DNA of 64,000 nucleotides from Armatimonadota bacterium (GTDB lineage Bacteria; Armatimonadota; SYMT01): NCBI GenBank assembly GCA_041690135.1, contig JAWLHY010000009.1, positions 96,001 to 160,000 of the forward strand, read 5' to 3'. Shown piece by piece: positions 58,330 to 64,000 of this stretch (position 1 is its first letter; each line of letters starts with the position of its first letter). The notes under the pieces were generated by a model. It saw only the letters and a program-made list of their open reading frames with translations, ran no database searches and was not told where the DNA came from. The position numbers and the translations under genes were made by a program.

Positions 58330-61300
58330 TTACCGGAAGTTATGGGCTTCGGGGGCGTTGAAGGTGCGGAGGGCGTGGTGGGCCTTGCGGGCGGCGGCGC
58401 TCTTGACGGCGTCCGGGAGGGCCTCGGTGAGCGGCCAGGCCTCCTGAGCGACCAGGTTCACGCGGAGCGCCTTGCGCTCCAGCACGCCGCGGATGAGCAG
58501 CAGCGGTTCGGTGCGGTAGAGCACCCGCTGGGTTTCGAGCAGCTCCGGGCGGACCACCACGTTCAGCATACCGGTCTCGTCTTCCAGCAGGAGGAACATG
58601 ATCCCCTTCGCCGTCTCCGGCCGCTGGCGGGTGGTGACGAGCCCGGCCACCTCCACCACGGATTGGTCCGGGCATTTGCGCAGGCTCCGGATCGGCACGA
58701 TCTGCCGGGACAGCTTCGGGCGCAGCAGCCCCATGGGGTGCGCCTCCACCGAGAGCGACATGACCCGGTAGTCGTGGGCCATCCGCTCCCAGGCGCCGGC
58801 GGGGGACAGCGGAACCTCGTCTTGCTCGGTGGGGAGCTCCAGCGCGGGCTGGAAGGCGACGGGGACCGTGCCGTGCTCCCCGCGCTCCACGTACTGGCGG
58901 CCGCGGTGGAAGCCGAGCAGGCCCAATTGCCAGAGCAACTCCCGCCGGTTGAGGCCGAAGCCGTCCAGGGCGCCGGCCAGGATCAGGTTCTCGAGGATGC
59001 GGTCCGGGAAGCGGGTGCGCCGGATGAGGTCGGTCAGCGACCGGAAGGGCCCGCCGGCCTCTCGCTCGGCCAGGAGCTCGGCGCCCTTGCTCTGGCCCAA
59101 CCCCTGGACCGCGCCCAGGCCGAGCTGCACGATGCGGCCATGCACGGTGCAGCCGAGGAGACTCCGGTTGATCTCCGGCGGCAGGAAGCGGATGCCGCGG
59201 CGCTGGGCATCCTTGATGAGGGTGTCCGGCCCGTAGAACCCCATGGGCTGACAGTTCAACAGCGCGGCCACGTACTCGGCCGGGTGGTACTGGAGCAGCC
59301 ACATGGACTGGTAGGCGAGGACGGCGAAGGCGGCCGCGTGGGACTTGGGGAAGCCGAAGGCGGAGAAGGCGACGACCTTCTCGAAGACCCGGCAGGCGAT
59401 CTCCGGCGATACTCCCCTGCCGGCGGCCCCTTCCAGGAACAGCTCGCGGAAGCGCTCCATGTTCTCGCGAGAGCGCTTCCGGCTCATGGCGCGGCGCAAC
59501 TGGTCGGCCTCTCCGTCCGTGAACCCGGCGAGGTGCTTGCAGACCTCCATCACCTGGTCCTGGTAGAGGATCACCCCCAGGGTATCGGCCAGCACCGGCG
59601 CCAGGAGCGGGTGGTCGAAGCGCGGCCGGAAGTGGCGCTCGCTGCGCTGCCGCTCGCGCTCCTGGACGTAAGGGTTCACCGCGTTTGCCACCACCGGGCC
59701 GGGCCGGACGATGGCGACCTGGATCGCCAGCTCCTCCACCGTGCGCGGGCGGGTGCGGACCAGCATCCCGATTTGCGCGCGCGACTCGATCTGGAACGCG
59801 CCGACCGTCTCGCCGCGGCAGATCCGGTTGTAGACGACCGGGTCATCGAACGGGATCCGGGAAAGGTCGACGGGCCGCTTGCCGTTTGCCGCGATCAGGT
59901 CGAGGCACTCTTCCACCGCCGAGAGCATGCCGAGCGCCAGGAAGTCGATCTTGATCATCCGGGCGGCGTCCACCGAGTCCTTATCCCACTGGCAGACCTG
60001 CCGGCCGTCCATGGCGGAGTGCTCCACCGGCACGATCTCCACCAGCGGCCGGGAGGAGATGACGAGGCCGCCCACGTGCTGGGAGAGGTGGCGCGGCATG
60101 CCCCAGAGCTGCTCGCTGAGCTCGGAGAGGTGCTGCCAGAGGCGGTTGTTCTGGTAGGCGGAGAACTCCGCGAGCCGCGCGATCTCCTCGCCCACCTGGG
60201 TGCGGTTGTCGCCCAGCTTCGCCAGGCGGTCGAGCTCGGCGGGGGGGAGGGCCAGCGCCTTCCCCACCTCGCGGACGGCCCCCCGGAAGCGGTAGGTGGG
60301 GAAGATGCAGACCATGGCGACGTGATCCTCGCCGTAGTGCCGGTGGACGCGCCGGATCAGCTCCTCCCGGATGTCGCGGGGGAAGTCGAGGTCGATGTCC
60401 GGCACGGTGTTGAGCGCCTCGTTCAGGAAGCGGCCCGGAAAGAGCCGCGCCTGGACCGGATCGACCGGCGAGAGGCCGATGAGGTAGCAGATGATGGAGG
60501 AGACAGCGGAGCCGCGGCCCCTCCCGGGCGGCAGCTCGAACTTCCCGCGGGCGGCGGTTCCCCGGATCTCCGCCGCCACCTGCTTGCTCATCTGGAGCAG
60601 GTCGCGGTAGACCAGGAAGAAGCCGGCGAGGCCGTGCAGCTTCACCAGCCGCAGCTCTTCCGCCAGCCAGCGGCGCGCCTCCGCCTTTCGCTCGGAGCTC
60701 TCCCGCGCATACTTGACCTCGAGCGCCTCCCCGCAGAGGATGGCGAGCGCCTCGTCCGCCGTCCGGAACTGGTCGTCCTCCGCCTCGTTGATGAAGTCGG
60801 GGAATTGGTAGCCGAGGTCGCGAGTGATATCGAACGCCCGGCAGCGCTCCCCGATCTCCCGCGCGTGGGCCAGCGCCTCCGGGTAGGCGGCGAACCGCTC
60901 CCGGAGCACCTCCGCCGGCTGGAGGAAGAACTCGCTGTTCGGGCGGCGGTAGCGGCGCGCCTCGTGGAGGGAGACCCCGTGGCGAATCGCCACCAGCGTG
61001 TCCTGCAGGCGGTGCCGCTCGCGGATGTGGTAGTGGGTGTTGTTCGTGGCCACCAGGGGGATCCGCAGGCGGCAGCCCAGCTCCGCCAGCACGCGGAGAC
61101 GACGGGTGTCCCCTCGCACCAGGTTCTGCTGTACTTCCAGGAAGAAGTTGCCGTCCCCGAACCACCGCCGGTAGCGCTCCGCGGCCGCCTCCGCCGCGGC
61201 CCAGTGGTCCTGATCCAGCAGCCGGGACACCTGTCCCTCGCGGCAGCCGGAGAGGGCGATGAGGCCGCCCGCGTGCTCCGGCAGGGCGGAATAGGGGAGC

Positions 61301-61608
61301 CGGGGGGAGCGCCGCTCACTCTCCCGGTGCGCGAGCGAGAGGAGCCGGCAGAGGTTGGCGTACCCCTCCGGCGTTTCGGCCAGCAGGACGAGGTGCGACT
61401 CGTCCTCCAGCGTGACCTCCGCCCCGGTGATGGGCTGCAGCCCGGCGTGGTGGGCGGCCTGCGCGAATTCGAGTGCCCCGTAGAGGCCGTCGTGATCGGT
61501 GAGCGCCAGGGCGGTGTAGCCCAACTCGACGGCGCGCGCAACCAGCTCCTCGGGGTGCGAGGCGCCGTCCAGGAAGGAGTAACAGGAATGGCAGTGGAGG
61601 TCGATCAA
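58330..61608 (-). CDS. dnaE2: Error-prone DNA polymerase III alpha subunit
   Basis: LHCHS.YSFLDGASHPEEL, PDIDLDF, RHLSQHVGG, QWDKD, KIDFLALGML, FGFPKSHA, QPMGFY, RQRPETAKG; start uncertain (TTG 61608, frame open to 61800). Confidence 0.95.
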   Translation of the reverse strand: MIDLHCHSCYSFLDGASHPEELVARAVELGYTALALTDHDGLYGALEFAQAAHHAGLQPITGAEVTLEDESHLVLLAETPEGYANLCRLLSLAHRESERRSPRLPYSALPEHAGGLIALSGCREGQVSRLLDQDHWAAAEAAAERYRRWFGDGNFFLEVQQNLVRGDTRRLRVLAELGCRLRIPLVATNNTHYHIRERHRLQDTLVAIRHGVSLHEARRYRRPNSEFFLQPAEVLRERFAAYPEALAHAREIGERCRAFDITRDLGYQFPDFINEAEDDQFRTADEALAILCGEALEVKYARESSERKAEARRWLAEELRLVKLHGLAGFFLVYRDLLQMSKQVAAEIRGTAARGKFELPPGRGRGSAVSSIICYLIGLSPVDPVQARLFPGRFLNEALNTVPDIDLDFPRDIREELIRRVHRHYGEDHVAMVCIFPTYRFRGAVREVGKALALPPAELDRLAKLGDNRTQVGEEIARLAEFSAYQNNRLWQHLSELSEQLWGMPRHLSQHVGGLVISSRPLVEIVPVEHSAMDGRQVCQWDKDSVDAARMIKIDFLALGMLSAVEECLDLIAANGKRPVDLSRIPFDDPVVYNRICRGETVGAFQIESRAQIGMLVRTRPRTVEELAIQVAIVRPGPVVANAVNPYVQERERQRSERHFRPRFDHPLLAPVLADTLGVILYQDQVMEVCKHLAGFTDGEADQLRRAMSRKRSRENMERFRELFLEGAAGRGVSPEIACRVFEKVVAFSAFGFPKSHAAAFAVLAYQSMWLLQYHPAEYVAALLNCQPMGFYGPDTLIKDAQRRGIRFLPPEINRSLLGCTVHGRIVQLGLGAVQGLGQSKGAELLAEREAGGPFRSLTDLIRRTRFPDRILENLILAGALDGFGLNRRELLWQLGLLGFHRGRQYVERGEHGTVPVAFQPALELPTEQDEVPLSPAGAWERMAHDYRVMSLSVEAHPMGLLRPKLSRQIVPIRSLRKCPDQSVVEVAGLVTTRQRPETAKGIMFLLLEDETGMLNVVVRPELLETQRVLYRTEPLLLIRGVLERKALRVNLVAQEAWPLTEALPDAVKSAAARKAHHALRTFNAPEAHNFR

Positions 61609-61802
61609 TGTTCGGGTGTTCGGGCACCCCTGTGGGGCGTAAATGTTCGGGTGGTCAGGTGCTCGGGTGTTCGGGTGTTCAGGCAATTGATCTTGATCGT
61701 CATTGCGAGGAGCGGTGGATCTGCAGTAACTTCTCAGCCCAGATGAGCCTCCCGTCGAAGCTCCCAGCCAACGGGTCTGAACCCATGAGCGACGCGGCAA
61801 GC

Positions 61803-62008
61803 CCCCTGGTCAGGGAACTTGTCGTTACACGGGATCCTTATCCTCATCCTGATCCTAATCCACTCCGCCCACTGGTCAGGGAACTTGCTCTTACACGGTC
61901 CAGCAGCCTCCGCCCTGAGAACTCGTCATTACCCGGGACTCCTTGTCCTAATCGTAATCCTGGTCCTAATCGGTCTCACCCCCTGGTCAGGGAACTCGTC
62001 GTTACACG
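61803..62008. repeat. Three full and one partial copy of a 29-bp direct repeat
   Basis: CCCCTGGTCAGGGAACTTGTCGTTACACG-like at 61803, 61869, 61980; partial at 61915. Confidence 0.85.
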
Positions 62009-62933
62009 ATCCGGCAGCCTCCTGCACAGGGTAGTCGTCCTGAAGCTGGACACTTTACCCACGACCTGGCCCTCCTCCATTCGCTCCCAGGTCTGGACAG
62101 CGCCTGGTTGATCTGCACCGTGCGCACGTATCGCTGGGAAACGGTGTCTCAAGCCTCTCCTTCGTCAAGGGCGAGTTCTTCGGTCTTGATGCAGTTGGCT
62201 GATATGCAGGGAAGGCAACGGTTGCACCTTTTTGCACGTTTTTGCATAAGTAGAGGCCGTTTTTTGGAAGTGCGAAGTTAGAGGTGCGAGGTGAGAAGTG
62301 CGAGCTTCCGTCCGTTCTGCCCCCCCACCCCGCCACCCAAGAGGTACCCGGCTGGGGGAGTCTCCCGGCCCCATCGCGGGTTCCGCCACTCCGCGGGTGG
62401 TAAGGTTCCAAGTGCCTTCTGCCCCCTGCCTCCGCCCCCTGCCTCCGCCCACTGCCCACTGCCTTCTGCCAACTGCGTACGGATCCCGGGTTGGACAGTT
62501 TTGGACACGTGGGAAAGATTTCGGGCTCCATCCGGCTCTCCAGGTGTGAGGCGCGAAGTGCGAAGTGTGAAAGCCAGCCTGTGGCGGGGTGGGCGTGAGC
62601 GTTAACCTGGGCGGGTGCGGTGACCAGGACATTGCCACGGTGTGCGTTCACATTGATGGGTACGGTGACCAGGTAACCTCACCCCCCCGCCCCACCCAAA
62701 GGGTGCCCACCGACGCAGAGAAGGGGGAGCCCACGCACTGAACACAGTGGAATGCACAGTTCGGAATTGACGCATCCAGGCCTTTGTCGAGTAAGGGCGG
62801 CACGGTGCTCTCCCGGGCATCGGCTGCGTCGATCCGTCTCCTACCAATTAGATTACCAGGGAAAGGCCGGATATTCAAACATTAGTTATATGATTTGGGC
62901 GGTATTCGGGTATTCGGGTGTTCGGGTGGTCAG

Positions 62934-63104
62934 CAGGGCGGTTCAGTTTTCGGTAGGAGTCAATGGGTAGCCCCGGAGGGGCGGCCAGAGGTCGGGCGCC
63001 CGCATGCGGGCAGGGGGGCGCCAGCCCCCGGACTTGGCGCCCGCACAGAAAAGCCCTGAAGGGGCGACAGAGCAGCGCGCCGTGAGGAAAACTGAACCGC
63101 CCTG
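62934..63104 (-). mobile_element. MITE (171 bp) with perfect 18-bp TIRs
   Basis: CAGGGCGGTTCAGTTTTC...GAAAACTGAACCGCCCTG; flanks GGGTGGTCAG / AGGTGGTCAG; internal REP-like palindromes. Confidence 0.85.
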
Positions 63105-63257
63105 AGGTGGTCAGGTGGTCAGGTCTTCAGGCAGCCAGGCGCTCTTGTGGGGGAATGTTGGAGTCCTGGTGAGGGTGAGCGTTTAGGTTGGGGAAATTTA
63201 GGTGGGATGCTGGGGGCGGGGCGGGTGCGGGTCTCCATAAGGGGCGCTGCGCGGGCT

Positions 63258-64000
63258 AACGCGAAAACGCGAAAAAGCGAAAGACGCGAAAGAGGTGGGG
63301 ACGGAAGGCGGAAGGTAGTAGGCGGAAGGCAGTGGGCAGTGGGCAGTCGGCGGAAGGCAGTCGGCGGAAGGCAGGGGTAGGGATAGGGGGCAGTCGGTTA
63401 GGGGGCGGGGTGGAGTAGGGGTAGGAGTAGAGGGGGGAGGGGCAGACCTGGGAGCCTGGTCGGGATTCCGCAGGCGGCGACCATGAACGTGGTCCGGCCG
63501 GACGTGAACGATCCCATACGGGCGCATGCGCCGGCCCATCCAGATGAACCCGCCTGAACGCGACTAAGGGTGGGGCTCGGCCGGCTCATCAAAAGTGAGC
63601 CACGAAGCGAGGCTTGATACGCTCGATGGCCGGGTCTACCATGGGAAGTGTTGGGGGCTCGCCTGCCGGTGGGGGAGTATGTCGTCCTGCCGGGTCCGCG
63701 GTTTCGGATGTGCCGGGAACGTCCATCGTCCTTCCGGTGCCGGGCGAGCCCCGTTCCTCTTGCATTGCCGTTAGGGAGAGAGTGGCCTGCTGGAGGGAGC
63801 CGGTGGGCAGAAGGCAGTAGGCGGAAGGCAGGAGTAGTAGTAGGAGTAGGAATTGGGGGCAGGAGGGGCGGGGCGCTCGGTCGATAGGGATCTGGATCGA
63901 TAAGGATATGGATAAAGAGAGCCGGGTAAGGACGGGTGCGCTGACCCGGGGCAGAAGCGATTAGGACTACGATTAGGGGCAGGACTACGATCAGGATGAG
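63258..64000. repeat. Clusters of 6-9-mer tandem repeats
   Basis: CGCGAAA-type, CGGAAGG/CAGTGGG, TAGGAG, GGATAA, GATTAG arrays. Confidence 0.8.

Noticed and set aside
61698-61714. GTCATTGCGAGGAGCG REP-like start
   Set aside because: Second arm of the palindrome is degenerate; single partial copy
58327-61746. 1139-aa plus-strand ORF
   Set aside because: Antisense shadow of dnaE2 expected from high-GC codon bias; the same applies to 31737-33908, 36835-38418 and 635-2188
61803-62008. CRISPR array
   Set aside because: Only 3-4 degenerate repeats, irregular spacing, low-complexity and mutually similar spacers, no cas genes in the window
62877-62888. Gram-positive-type LexA box (AAAC-ATTA-GTTA)
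   Set aside because: Two mismatches to GAAC-N4-GTTC and 1.3 kb from dnaE2

Overview
GC-rich bacterial chromosomal window with about 55 genes. Gene content (lptC-lptA-lptB-single lptF/G-DUF3084-yqgF, stand-alone secretin-N-like protein) suggests a diderm such as Armatimonadota; this is inference. It carries signalling genes (two histidine kinase/response regulator loci, a SpoIIE phosphatase, a KdpE-like regulator), amino-acid metabolism (proA, trpBA, aroF), a GT-C/GT2-lpt envelope operon, an accessory minus-strand cluster (bacterial PARG, immunity-like ORFs, a SnoaL pseudogene), a GH2 and an orphan dnaE2. Most notable observations: (1) a lower-GC two-gene cassette encoding a frameshifted Tse2-like ADP-ribosyltransferase-fold toxin overlapping a TPR protein, a candidate undescribed toxin-antitoxin/defence system; (2) an unannotated Trp/Phe/Tyr-rich leader-peptide attenuator upstream of DAHP synthase; (3) two copies of an IS4-like MITE (18-bp TIRs, 10-bp target duplications), both inside octamer repeat arrays; (4) many 6-9-mer tandem repeats and palindromic elements, one block lying in frame inside a membrane-protein gene. 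No rRNA, tRNA or CRISPR array was recognised. Family names come from motif recognition, not database searches.
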